This document shows, piece after piece, positions 40,605 through 49,562 of a stretch of 53,994 nt of DNA. The stretch spans positions 1 to 53,994 of the forward strand of contig CAWGJO010000038.1 in NCBI GenBank assembly GCA_963822945.1, given 5' to 3'. Both the position numbers and the translations under genes were made by a program. Position 1 is the stretch's first letter. Every line of letters begins with the position of its first letter. The notes below the pieces were generated by a model. The model had not been told where the DNA came from, did no database searches, and saw only the letters and a program-made list of their open reading frames with translations. Source of the stretch: an uncultured Gemmatimonadaceae bacterium (lineage in GTDB: Bacteria > Gemmatimonadota > Gemmatimonadetes > Gemmatimonadales > Gemmatimonadaceae).

Positions 40605-41387
40605 ATGAAGAAATTCACAGTGGTACTCACGAGCCTGGCCCTGATGGCCGGCGTCGCGGCTTCCGCCGTGGCGCAGCGCGCCGACACGACCGGGCGGATG
40701 GGCGGGCGTGGCATGGGCCCCGCCGGCGGTGGCATGCAGGCGATGACGGGGCGCCAGATGTTCCGCGGCATCACGCTCACCGATGCGCAGAAGGCGCAAT
40801 TCGACAAGATGCGTGTCGCCCATCAGGCACAGATGCAGACCTTCGCCAAGTCGGTGCAGGCCGACCGGCAGGCGTTGCGCACGGCGCGTCAGAACGGCGA
40901 TACCGTGGCCCTCAAGGCGGCGCGCCGCAACATCGAGGGCGCGATGAACACGCGCATCGCGCTGCGCGCGCAGATGCAGAAGAGCGTGCGTGCCGTGCTG
41001 ACGCCCGATCAGCGGAAGGTGTTCGACGCCAACCGCACGCGTGTGGAGCGGCGCGTGGCCCGCGCGGGCCGGATGATGCGCGCCGAGCGCATGGGCATGC
41101 GCCGCCATGCGATGATGCGGGCCTTCGGGCATGAACGCGGATGGGGGATGCAGCGTGGTGGCGGGTTCGGTCCTGGGGCCGGGATGCACATGCGGCCGGG
41201 ACGTGGTGGCGGGTTCGGCCCTGGCGCCGGGATGCAGATGCGGCCGGGACGCGGTGGCGGGTTCGGCCCCGGCGCCGGGATGCAGATGCGGCCGGGACGT
41301 GGAGGTTTCGGTCCGGGTGCGGGAATGGGGATGCATCGCGGGCCCGCCGGACCGCCGCCGGATTCGACGCAGAGTTCGGGCCACTGA
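40605..41387 (+). CDS. Spy/CpxP-family periplasmic protein, Met-rich, with a Gly/Arg/Met repeat tail
   Basis: GGGAG RBS, signal peptide AVA-Q, ITLTDAQ and VLTPDQR motifs; 26 Met in 260 aa by hand count. Confidence 0.85.
   Translation: MKKFTVVLTSLALMAGVAASAVAQRADTTGRMGGRGMGPAGGGMQAMTGRQMFRGITLTDAQKAQFDKMRVAHQAQMQTFAKSVQADRQALRTARQNGDTVALKAARRNIEGAMNTRIALRAQMQKSVRAVLTPDQRKVFDANRTRVERRVARAGRMMRAERMGMRRHAMMRAFGHERGWGMQRGGGFGPGAGMHMRPGRGGGFGPGAGMQMRPGRGGGFGPGAGMQMRPGRGGFGPGAGMGMHRGPAGPPPDSTQSSGH
41154..41342 (+). repeat. 48-bp coding tandem repeat, about 4 copies (RGGGFGPGAGM[HQ]MRPG)
   Basis: Units start at 41154, 41202, 41250 and 41298; the first three differ mainly at third codon positions, and the last is shorter and more diverged. 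Confidence 0.92.
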
Positions 41388-41432
41388 GAAAGGCGGCGGA
41401 CAACCCGTCCAGAGTGACGAGTCGAGCGTCCG

Positions 41433-41481
41433 CAGTCATGAGTCGAGAGTCGTGAGTCGTCAGCTGACAGTTGACAGCTGA
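41433..41481. repeat. Degenerate heptamer tandem array (7 units)
   Basis: CAGTCAT GAGTCGA GAGTCGT GAGTCGT CAGCTGA CAGTTGA CAGCTGA in register. Confidence 0.8.
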
Positions 41482-41487
41482 CAGGAA

Positions 41488-41532
41488 GACGATGGGACGC
41501 TTCTCCATGGATCGGAGAAGCGTCCCATTGTC
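41488..41532. terminator. 19-bp hairpin between convergent genes (probable bidirectional terminator)
   Basis: GACGATGGGACGCTTCTCC-ATGGATC-GGAGAAGCGTCCCATTGTC; no clear U-tract. Confidence 0.65.
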
Positions 41533-41588
41533 ATTGGCGCCTACTGCCCGTCGTTGAGTCTCAGCTCATCAGTCGTAGTCTCGCAGTT

Positions 41589-41615
41589 GACTGTCCGACT
41601 GTCCGACTGTCCGAC
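41589..41615. repeat. Octamer tandem repeat (GACTGTCC) x3.4
   Basis: GACTGTCCGACTGTCCGACTGTCCGAC just past the stop of the Omp85-like gene. Confidence 0.85.
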
Positions 41616-41620
41616 ACCTC

Positions 41621-44600
41621 CTACCACCCCGGCGCCAGCTGCACACCCACCACCCAGTTCTTCCCCGGGCGCTGGAACGGATGCGCGATGTAGGTCTCGA
41701 GAATCAGGTAGCCGAGCAGGTTGATACGCGTCGTGATGCCGGCGCTGAACACCGGAATGTGATCGACGCAATTCACGTACCCTGCCTGGGCCACCGCCGC
41801 CGGCTTCGAGCAGCTGGCCGGGATCTGATTGGCCGACGTCGCCCAACGGAAGTCCGGCGGCTGCGTGCTCGAGTAGGCGATGCCGCCGTCGAAGAACGGC
41901 GCGATCTCGACCGGCAGGAACGACGTCGGCAGGATGCCGAAGGCCGGGGAGCCGAACAGCGGAATGCGGAATTCCAGATTGAACACGTCGATGCGGCTGC
42001 CGAGCAGCCGGTCGAACACGGGGCAGGCGTTGGAGCCGGCGGCAGAGACGCATTCGTTGACTCCGAACGACCCGTAGCCGTACCCGCGGATGAGTGTCTC
42101 CTCACCCAGGTAGATGGGATAGATCTGCCCGTTGCCGTAGGCTTCGGCGTCGCGCCCGTAGCGGCCGTAGTGGAGCGCGCGTACGGCGAATGTGAACGGG
42201 TTGTCGAAGAAATACCGCCGGTAGTCGCCCAACAGTCCGGCGAACTGCAGCTGTCCGAGCGTCGGGTTGTACTCGATGCGCCACCGCTCGCCCGACACCG
42301 GTCCCACGTATGCCGAGAACGAATTGTCGCTCACCAGCGCGATGTCGGCCTGGGCGTAGTACGTGGACGGGTAGCTGGCGCCGGTCTGTCGCGACTCGGC
42401 CACCACCTGGTTGCCGACCAGCGTGAACTGGTCGATCTCCGTGTCGTACCCCAGCCGCGTGCCCGACACGCCGAGTTCGATCCGGCGCGTGGTGGAGAAG
42501 GGATACTGCGTGTTGAAGGCCAGTTGGTCGATGTAGATGCGCTGCAGAATCTGGTAGTAGTTGAGCGCCGGGATGTTGCCCGCGACCACCGTATCGGCCA
42601 GGCCGGTATAGCCGGTGAGATACGGAATGTGCTCGATGCCCAGTGACCAGTTCCATCGATGCTTGAGATTCAGATACTGCACGGCCCCGCCGATGTCCTT
42701 CATGGTGCCGTTGGCCTGGAGCACGGTGTAGATCTGCCGGTCGCTCAACTGGTCACCCCACAGGGCAGCGATGCCGCCCGCCACGCCGGTGCCGAAGTAG
42801 CCGCCGGTCTGCACGCCGATGCTCGGCTGGCTGATGGCGTCGAGCGAGAACGACGAGTGATAGGGGTGGATCGTGAAGTCGTTGCCCGACACCAGGCCGC
42901 GCTCCGGATCGGCGAGATACGCGGTGACCGTGTTGGTGCCCGGCAGGTCGCCCGGCGGCAGGATGCTGGCCACACTCACCGACTGCGTGGGCTGAACCGG
43001 AACGCCCACGGTGGCCGACGCGTCGAGTCCGTAGATGCCGTAGCTCTGACCCTGGAAGACCGTGAACAGCGTGCGGCCGGTGGTCGGCGAGACCGTGAGC
43101 GCCGGCGACGATTCAGTGATGCCGCTGACGCCGGTGGCCACCTTGGTCACCCGGGTCACCGCCCCGCTGGCCAGGTTGAGCCGGTAGATGTCGCTGAAGC
43201 CGTCCTGGTTGGAGATGAACAGCACGTCCTTTCCGCCCGGCGCGTATTGCGGGTTGATCTCCTTCGCATTGGGGAAGGGCGAGTACAACGTCACCGGGCC
43301 GCCGTTCACGCTGATCGTCCCGATCTGCAGCGGCGAGTAGCTCAGTTCCTGGAAGTTCGTGCCCGGCCCGCGGTCGGTGGCGAAGACGATCGTCTTGCCG
43401 TCCGGCGAGAACTCGGGCATCTCGTCCGCGTACCGGTCGTGGGTGAGCTGGTCCACCTTCCCCGTGCGCAGATCGAGCACGTACAGGTCGTCGATGCCGC
43501 CCGACATTCCCGACATCGCCATCAGGTTACCGTCGGGAGACCACGACACGGCATTCACCGCGCCCACGCCCGGGAGCGAGATCTTCCGTTCGATGTTCCC
43601 GTTCTCGACGTCCACGACGGCCACGTCGTTCTTGCCGTTCTCGTCGACGATGAACGCGAACTTCTTGCTGTCGGGCGACCACGCGCCGCTGGAGTTGATG
43701 AAGTTCAGGGCGTCGAAGTGCGGATCGCTCGACGGCGCCGCGAGCTTGCGGATGATCTTGCCCGTCACGGCGTCGGCCAGGTAGAGATCGAATCCGAAGA
43801 GCGAGCGTTTGCCGTTCGAGAAGAAGGCCACGTACTTCCCGTCGGGGCTGATCACCGGGCTGACGTTCTGATCTTCGGTCTTGCCGCCGGCGGCCACCAC
43901 CACCTGTCCCGCATCGTGCGGCTTGGTCCGCCCGACGAGCTGCGTGGTGTAGAGCGCCTTGTTCGCTGCCGCCCAGTCCTTACTCAGCGAATCGGGGGTC
44001 TCGCCGAGCACGCGCGTGATCGCGTTGTCGAGTCCCATGCGCAGCGACGTCCGGTACACGTCCACCACCGCGCGGTCGCCCCAGCGGCCGGCCACGTACG
44101 CCCACAACGCCTGCCCGTACCGGTAGGGGAAGAAACGGGGGTCGGTGTTGAGCTGCTTGATGGTCGGGAAGGAGTCGCGTTCCACCGCGTCGCGCATCCA
44201 CATGGCGGTCAGTTCGCTGTTGCGGCCCAGCGAGAAGTACTCGGCCATACCCTCGATCAGCCACCCCGGCAGCGTGCTCATTCGGGCGAGGCCGTTCGCG
44301 TCGCCGCTCTCGGCGATGTCGTACTGGAACACGTGGACCAACTCGTGCCCCAGTACGTGATCGGTCTCGGCGTAGCTGCTCTGGAAGGGCATCACCACGC
44401 GGGTGCGCAGCCCTTCCGTGACGCCCTGCTCACCCTGGCTGGGCGACTCGCTGACCACGTTCGTCTGCTCGAAGTCGGAGTGGTCGGCGTACAGGATGAT
44501 CGACTTGCGGTCGAATTGATGCGCGAACGTCTCGGAGTGGCGCACGTACCAACGCTCGGCCATGCGGCCGGCGTCGCGGGTGGCCAGCGACTCGGCCGGG

Positions 44601-44761
44601 TAGAAATAGAGGTCGAAGTGCGGGGTCTTGAGAATCCGGAAGTTGAAGGTCTGGTACTGGACCTTGTTACGCCCGAAGTACTGGGCCGACGCCGTCTGCA
44701 CTCCGCCGAACGTGAGAAGCGCGAGTACGAGTGCCGCCGGACGCGTGAGCAGTCGATTCAT
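41621..44761 (-). CDS. Secreted zinc-peptidase-like + PD40/TolB propeller + Omp85/BamA-type beta-barrel protein
   Basis: Signal peptide, YFGRNKVQY, HELVH...EGMAEY, repeated SPDGK, IRGYG motif and a C-terminal aromatic residue. Confidence 0.85.
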   Translation of the reverse strand: MNRLLTRPAALVLALLTFGGVQTASAQYFGRNKVQYQTFNFRILKTPHFDLYFYPAESLATRDAGRMAERWYVRHSETFAHQFDRKSIILYADHSDFEQTNVVSESPSQGEQGVTEGLRTRVVMPFQSSYAETDHVLGHELVHVFQYDIAESGDANGLARMSTLPGWLIEGMAEYFSLGRNSELTAMWMRDAVERDSFPTIKQLNTDPRFFPYRYGQALWAYVAGRWGDRAVVDVYRTSLRMGLDNAITRVLGETPDSLSKDWAAANKALYTTQLVGRTKPHDAGQVVVAAGGKTEDQNVSPVISPDGKYVAFFSNGKRSLFGFDLYLADAVTGKIIRKLAAPSSDPHFDALNFINSSGAWSPDSKKFAFIVDENGKNDVAVVDVENGNIERKISLPGVGAVNAVSWSPDGNLMAMSGMSGGIDDLYVLDLRTGKVDQLTHDRYADEMPEFSPDGKTIVFATDRGPGTNFQELSYSPLQIGTISVNGGPVTLYSPFPNAKEINPQYAPGGKDVLFISNQDGFSDIYRLNLASGAVTRVTKVATGVSGITESSPALTVSPTTGRTLFTVFQGQSYGIYGLDASATVGVPVQPTQSVSVASILPPGDLPGTNTVTAYLADPERGLVSGNDFTIHPYHSSFSLDAISQPSIGVQTGGYFGTGVAGGIAALWGDQLSDRQIYTVLQANGTMKDIGGAVQYLNLKHRWNWSLGIEHIPYLTGYTGLADTVVAGNIPALNYYQILQRIYIDQLAFNTQYPFSTTRRIELGVSGTRLGYDTEIDQFTLVGNQVVAESRQTGASYPSTYYAQADIALVSDNSFSAYVGPVSGERWRIEYNPTLGQLQFAGLLGDYRRYFFDNPFTFAVRALHYGRYGRDAEAYGNGQIYPIYLGEETLIRGYGYGSFGVNECVSAAGSNACPVFDRLLGSRIDVFNLEFRIPLFGSPAFGILPTSFLPVEIAPFFDGGIAYSSTQPPDFRWATSANQIPASCSKPAAVAQAGYVNCVDHIPVFSAGITTRINLLGYLILETYIAHPFQRPGKNWVVGVQLAPGW

Positions 44762-45066
44762 TGAGAAGCCCCGCGGTGGAACCGCTGGATGTGGTCGTCA
44801 TCGCGGCCAATGGCGCGATCCCTTGCTGAATACCGGTCACTGCACGCCGGGGCAAGGGGTCCGGCGCTTCAAGACACTTCCATTACAGAGGGACGCGAAA
44901 AACCCGCGCACCCGGGGGGATCGCGGCGGACCAGGAATTGTACGCCGAAGTGTGTCCGAAGTGCCCGGACCGCCCGTTCCGAGCCGTCCCGAACGCCGAG
45001 AACCCACCCACTTCAAGGTAGCAGCCTGTGTCCATCGGTTGCGGGTGCCACCGCGGTGATCGCCGG

Positions 45067-45498
45067 CTAGTCATCGTCCGGCCGCCGCTGCCGTTTACGC
45101 TCCGACCGCCGCCGCTTCTCCTGCAGCCGCCGTTCCACCGAGGCCCGGGTGGGTCTGGTGGCGCGCCGCTTCCGCGGCACCACCAGCGCCCGGCGCACGA
45201 TCGTCGCCAGCCGCGCCTCGGCGGCCTCGCGGTTCTGTGCCTGGCTCCGGCGTTCGCTGGCCACCACGCGAAGCGTCCCGTCGGCCGTGAGCCGCGACCG
45301 GAGCGCCTTCCGGAGCCGCTCGCGTTGCGCGTCGCTCAGCGCCCGCGACGTCTCGATGTTCCACGACAACTCCACGCGCGTGGACGACGTGTTTACGTGC
45401 TGCCCACCGGCGCCCCCGGCCCGCGAGGTCCGCGCATCCAGCTCCCGGCGCGGGATGGCGAGCGCCGCGCTCACCTCGAGATCAGCGCGCCCGGGCAT
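45067..45498 (-). CDS. arfB: Alternative ribosome rescue peptidyl-tRNA hydrolase
   Basis: SRAGGAGGQHVN, ERRSQAQNR, RRATRPTRAS..RRL.EK basic tail. Start codon uncertain. Confidence 0.93.
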   Translation of the reverse strand: MPGRADLEVSAALAIPRRELDARTSRAGGAGGQHVNTSSTRVELSWNIETSRALSDAQRERLRKALRSRLTADGTLRVVASERRSQAQNREAAEARLATIVRRALVVPRKRRATRPTRASVERRLQEKRRRSERKRQRRPDDD

Positions 45499-46351
45499 CG
45501 TGCTGCGCCCTCACCCTGTGCACCCGCACGGCCGCCACCCGGCGCCCGTCCATGGCCACGATCTCCAATTCGCCGCCGGGGTAGGGGGCCCGGTCGCCGA
45601 TGCGTGGCACCCGCCCCAGCCGGGCGAACGCATACCCCCCGATCGTCTGCCAGTCGCCGTCGGGAATGGGGATCTGGTACTCCCCGCGCACGTCGCGAAG
45701 CGACAGCGATCCCGCCAACTCGAGCACGCCGTCCGTTTCGATGGCCGACCGCACGGCGACGTCGTCTTCGTCGTTGATGTCGCCGATGACCTGTTCGACG
45801 AGGTCCTCCAGCGTCACCAGACCCGCCGTGCCCCCGAATTCGTCGAGCACGATGGCGATGTGCGCGCGCGTCTTGCGCAGATCGTCGAGCACCCGCTGTG
45901 CCGGCCGGGTGTCGGGCACGAAGAGGGTCTCGCGCATGTGGCGGGCCAGTGTGAAGGGCACCCCCGCCTCGTCCAGCCACAGATCCTTGGCCAGGAACAC
46001 GCCCACGATGTCGTCCAGCGAGTCCGCGTACACGGGGTACCGTGAAAACCGTTCCCGGCGCAGCAGTTCGCGCACCTCGTCCTCGGACGCGCTGAGGGGC
46101 AGGGCGACTATATCCGTGCGTGGGCGCATGACGTCACGCACCCGCTTGGCCCGGAACTGCAGCACGTCCGCCAGCATCCGGTTGCCCGGGTCGGGCGTGC
46201 CGTTCCCCCGCGGGGTCGCCATCAGGCGCTCCAGCGTGTCCGGCCCCGGCAGCGACGTCGCGGCGGGTGGCGGATCGTCGGCGAGCCCGAACAGGCTCAG
46301 GATGCGGTGCCGAATGCGCCGGGCAAGGCCGCGGGCAGGCCTGTCGCTCAT
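45482..46351 (-). CDS. CBS-pair + CorC_HlyC domain protein (CorC-like, no TM domain)
   Basis: VRDVMRPRTDI, FSRYPVY, VLDEFGGTAGLVTLEDLVEQVIGDINDE and TIGGY. Confidence 0.9.
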   Translation of the reverse strand: MSDRPARGLARRIRHRILSLFGLADDPPPAATSLPGPDTLERLMATPRGNGTPDPGNRMLADVLQFRAKRVRDVMRPRTDIVALPLSASEDEVRELLRRERFSRYPVYADSLDDIVGVFLAKDLWLDEAGVPFTLARHMRETLFVPDTRPAQRVLDDLRKTRAHIAIVLDEFGGTAGLVTLEDLVEQVIGDINDEDDVAVRSAIETDGVLELAGSLSLRDVRGEYQIPIPDGDWQTIGGYAFARLGRVPRIGDRAPYPGGELEIVAMDGRRVAAVRVHRVRAQHDARAR

Positions 46352-46521
46352 GCGGACACGTCCCGGCGGGGGAGGGTCGGAAACCTATGAAGTGGAGAAT
46401 CGTCCAAGGCTATAGCAGAATGCCAGAGTTCGTGTAATTCTGGGGTTCTCGCACTTTGCAATAAACCAACCCAGACGTGCGCTCTCAAACCGCGGCAGTA
46501 AGCTCACCAGCGATACAGGCC

Positions 46522-48183
46522 ATGTTGGACCCACGCCATCTGTTGCGCTGGGTCTACATCGGCCGGCTGTGCCTCGCCAGCGCGATCTTCATCGCCGCGG
46601 TGGTGAACTGGACTCAGCAACAGACCGACCCCAGCAAGCTCACCCTGGTGGCCATCGCCTTCGCGATGACCACCGTGGTCACGGTGGCGTCGTTCGCGTA
46701 CAGCGAAATATACCGAAAGCCGCTGGGCAAGACGTTCCTCTATCTGCAGAGCATCACCGATCTGCTGCTCGTGACCGTGGTGGTCCATGTGACCCCCGGG
46801 GGCCCGGACAGCGGCAGTGTCTCGCAGTTCTCGGCGCTCTACATCCTCGTCATCGCGACTACCACTCTGATGCTGCCGGTGGGCGGCGGGTTGCTGGTCG
46901 CCGCGCTGGGAATCGTGCTGTTCTTTGCGGACACGGCGTTCGGCGCGAATGCCGACATGCACAACGGCATCGTCTGGGCGCAGCTCGGGGTGTTTGCCGC
47001 GGTGTCGTTCGGATGCGCGGTGGTGGCCTCGCAGCTGCAGAAGGCGGGTGAGGGGAAGGAGGTGCTGGCGGCCGCCCTGGAGCACGCGCGCCTGGAGGCC
47101 GACGACATCCTGCGAAACATCCAGAGCGGTGTGCTGACGGTCGACTCCGGCGGCAACCTGATGTACGCCAATCCGAAGGCGCAGGCCCTGCTGGGCCTGG
47201 AACTGGAGACGATGCTCGATCGGCCCGTCCTCGATCGGATCGCGGCGGCGGCGCCCGAGCTGGCGCGGGCGCTCGACCAGTCGGTGAGCAACCGTGTCCG
47301 AACCACGCGGGGGGAGGGGGTCGTGACGGTGGACGGCGTTTCGTTTCCGATCGGGGTGACGACCACTTATATGGAAGGCGACGGCCGGCGCACCGACCGC
47401 ACGGCGACGGCGATCTTCCAGGACATCTCCGACCAGAAGCGGATGGATACGCTCCGTCTGCGCGCCGAGCGGCTGGAAGGCGTGGCCGAACTGAGTGCGT
47501 CGCTGGCGCACGAGATCAAGAATCCGCTGGCGTCGATCCGGAGTTCGGTGGAGCAGTTGGGGCGGCTCCCCCGCCAGACCGACGACGAGCGGACGTTGAG
47601 CGAGCTGGTGATGCGCGAGTCGGACCGGCTGTCGCGGCTGCTGACGGAATTCCTCGATTTCGCGCGCGTGCGCGTGTCGCACACCGGGTCGGTGAACATG
47701 GCCGACCTCGTGCGCGAAGCGGTGCAGCTGGCCGACGCCCATCCCGATCGCGGAGAGGTGGACATCGAATGCACGGCGCCCGACGACGGCTCGGTGGTGG
47801 TGCAGGGCGACCAGGACCTGCTGCATCGCGCGGTGTTCAACTTGCTGCTGAACGCCGCGCAGGCCTCGCCGGCGGGTGGCACGGTGCGCGTGGAAGTCGC
47901 GGTCGCGCAACCCGAGCAGCTGCCGCTGGGCGTGCGCAATGAAGGGGGAAGCGTCTCGCTTCGCGTGAGCGACCAGGGCTCCGGCATCCCGATGGAGATC
48001 CGCGACCGATTGTTCGACCCCTTCTTCACCACGAAACCCGGTGGCAGCGGGCTTGGTCTGGCCGTCGTCCATCGCGCCATCGAAGCGCACCGCGGCATGG
48101 TGTTCCTCGACAGCAGCCCACGCGGCACGACGTTCACCGTCATTCTGCCGCGCACCCAGACTCCCAATGGAGATCGCGCGTGA
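46522..48183 (+). CDS. pilS: PilS-type membrane sensor histidine kinase
   Basis: About 6 TM segments, PAS-like region, LAHEIKNPL, NLLLNA, FDPFFTTK and GSGLGL; PilS call from the PilR and pilin context. Confidence 0.85.
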   Translation: MLDPRHLLRWVYIGRLCLASAIFIAAVVNWTQQQTDPSKLTLVAIAFAMTTVVTVASFAYSEIYRKPLGKTFLYLQSITDLLLVTVVVHVTPGGPDSGSVSQFSALYILVIATTTLMLPVGGGLLVAALGIVLFFADTAFGANADMHNGIVWAQLGVFAAVSFGCAVVASQLQKAGEGKEVLAAALEHARLEADDILRNIQSGVLTVDSGGNLMYANPKAQALLGLELETMLDRPVLDRIAAAAPELARALDQSVSNRVRTTRGEGVVTVDGVSFPIGVTTTYMEGDGRRTDRTATAIFQDISDQKRMDTLRLRAERLEGVAELSASLAHEIKNPLASIRSSVEQLGRLPRQTDDERTLSELVMRESDRLSRLLTEFLDFARVRVSHTGSVNMADLVREAVQLADAHPDRGEVDIECTAPDDGSVVVQGDQDLLHRAVFNLLLNAAQASPAGGTVRVEVAVAQPEQLPLGVRNEGGSVSLRVSDQGSGIPMEIRDRLFDPFFTTKPGGSGLGLAVVHRAIEAHRGMVFLDSSPRGTTFTVILPRTQTPNGDRA

Positions 48184-49562
48184 GCACCAGAGCTGCCGAC
48201 CCGCGCCCCACCGTACTCGTCGTGGACGACGAGTCGGGGATCCTAGAATCGCTGCGCATCCTGCTCCGCAACGAGGGATTCGAGCCCAGCCTGGCCAACG
48301 GTGGCAAGCAGGGCCTCGAGATGCTGCGCGAGATGCGCCCCGACATCGTGCTCACCGACATCCGCATGCCGGGTGCGACGGGCGTGGAGATCCTCGCGGC
48401 GGCGCGCCAGAACGATTCCGACGTGCCGGTAATCCTGATGACGGCGCAGGCCACGCTGCAGTCGGCGATGCAGGCGGTGAACGAGGGCGCCTTCTATTAC
48501 ATCCAGAAGCCGTTTCGCAACGACGAGCTGATCGCGATTCTCAAGCGCGCCGCCGAGCACCGGCAGCTGCGCGTGGAGAACAAGTCGCTCAAGCAGGAGA
48601 TCAAGCGGCGCCAGGGTGAGCACGGTGACCGCCCGGTGGGCACCAGCAAGCCGTGGATGGAGGTGCTGCGCCTGGCCGAGACGGTGGCACCCACGGAGAG
48701 CACGGTGCTCATCCAGGGCGAATCGGGGACCGGTAAGGAGGTCGTGGCGCGATACATTCACCAACTGTCGGCGCGTACGAGCGGTCCCTTCCTGTCCATC
48801 AACTGTGGCGCGCTGCCCGAAAGCCTGTTGGAGAGCGAACTCTTCGGCCACGTGAAGGGCGCGTTCACGGGCGCCGTCAAGGACCGGTCGGGCCTGTTCG
48901 CGGCCGGCGCCACGGGCAGCTTCTTCCTCGACGAGATCGGGGAGACGACCCCGGCCACGCAGGTCAAGCTGCTGCGCGTGTTGCAGCACCGGGAGGTGAT
49001 CCCGGTGGGCGCCACCGACGCCGAGCCCATCGACGTCCGCCTGATCGCCGCCACGAACCGCGATCTCGAAGAGGAGATCAAGGGCGGTCGGTTCCGGAGC
49101 GATCTCTACTATCGACTCAACGTGATCCTCTTCCACCTGCCGCCGCTGCGGCAGCGGACGGAGGATATCCCGCTGCTCATCGACCACTTTCTGGGGCGCA
49201 TCGCGGCCGCACGCGGCGAGGAGCCCAAGCATCTCGACGACGACGCGCTCGGCGCCACGCAGGCGTACGCCTGGCCGGGCAACGTGCGCGAACTCGAGAA
49301 CGCGCTGGAACGCGCGGCCATCCTCACGCCCGGCGACACCATCAAGGTGGACGCGCTCCCGGAGCGCATCACCGCGCCGCGCTCCGAGCCGCTGGTCACC
49401 TCCCGCACGCCTCCCAACCCCACGCTCGAGGCCATCGAACGCGCCTACATCATGTGGGTGCTGCAGAGCGAGAGCGGCAACAAGTCGAGAACGGCCGAAG
49501 TGCTCGGCATCGATCCCTCGACGCTCTATCGCAAACTGTCGCGCTACGGGGTCGAGGTTTGA
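48180..49562 (+). CDS. pilR: PilR-type sigma54-dependent response regulator
   Basis: REC domain, GESGTGKE, ESELFGH, GAFTGA, FRSDLYYRL, WPGNVRELEN and Fis HTH; GTGA overlap with pilS. Confidence 0.9.
   Translation: MSTRAADPRPTVLVVDDESGILESLRILLRNEGFEPSLANGGKQGLEMLREMRPDIVLTDIRMPGATGVEILAAARQNDSDVPVILMTAQATLQSAMQAVNEGAFYYIQKPFRNDELIAILKRAAEHRQLRVENKSLKQEIKRRQGEHGDRPVGTSKPWMEVLRLAETVAPTESTVLIQGESGTGKEVVARYIHQLSARTSGPFLSINCGALPESLLESELFGHVKGAFTGAVKDRSGLFAAGATGSFFLDEIGETTPATQVKLLRVLQHREVIPVGATDAEPIDVRLIAATNRDLEEEIKGGRFRSDLYYRLNVILFHLPPLRQRTEDIPLLIDHFLGRIAAARGEEPKHLDDDALGATQAYAWPGNVRELENALERAAILTPGDTIKVDALPERITAPRSEPLVTSRTPPNPTLEAIERAYIMWVLQSESGNKSRTAEVLGIDPSTLYRKLSRYGVEV

Noticed and set aside
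41154..41342. 48-bp tandem repeats as a CRISPR array
   Set aside because: The units are contiguous with no unique spacers, in frame within a CDS, vary mainly at third codon positions, and no cas genes are present.
46407..46423. Minus-strand TGGCA...GC as a sigma54 promoter for the CorC-like gene
   Set aside because: The GG-to-GC spacing is not the obligatory 10 nt.
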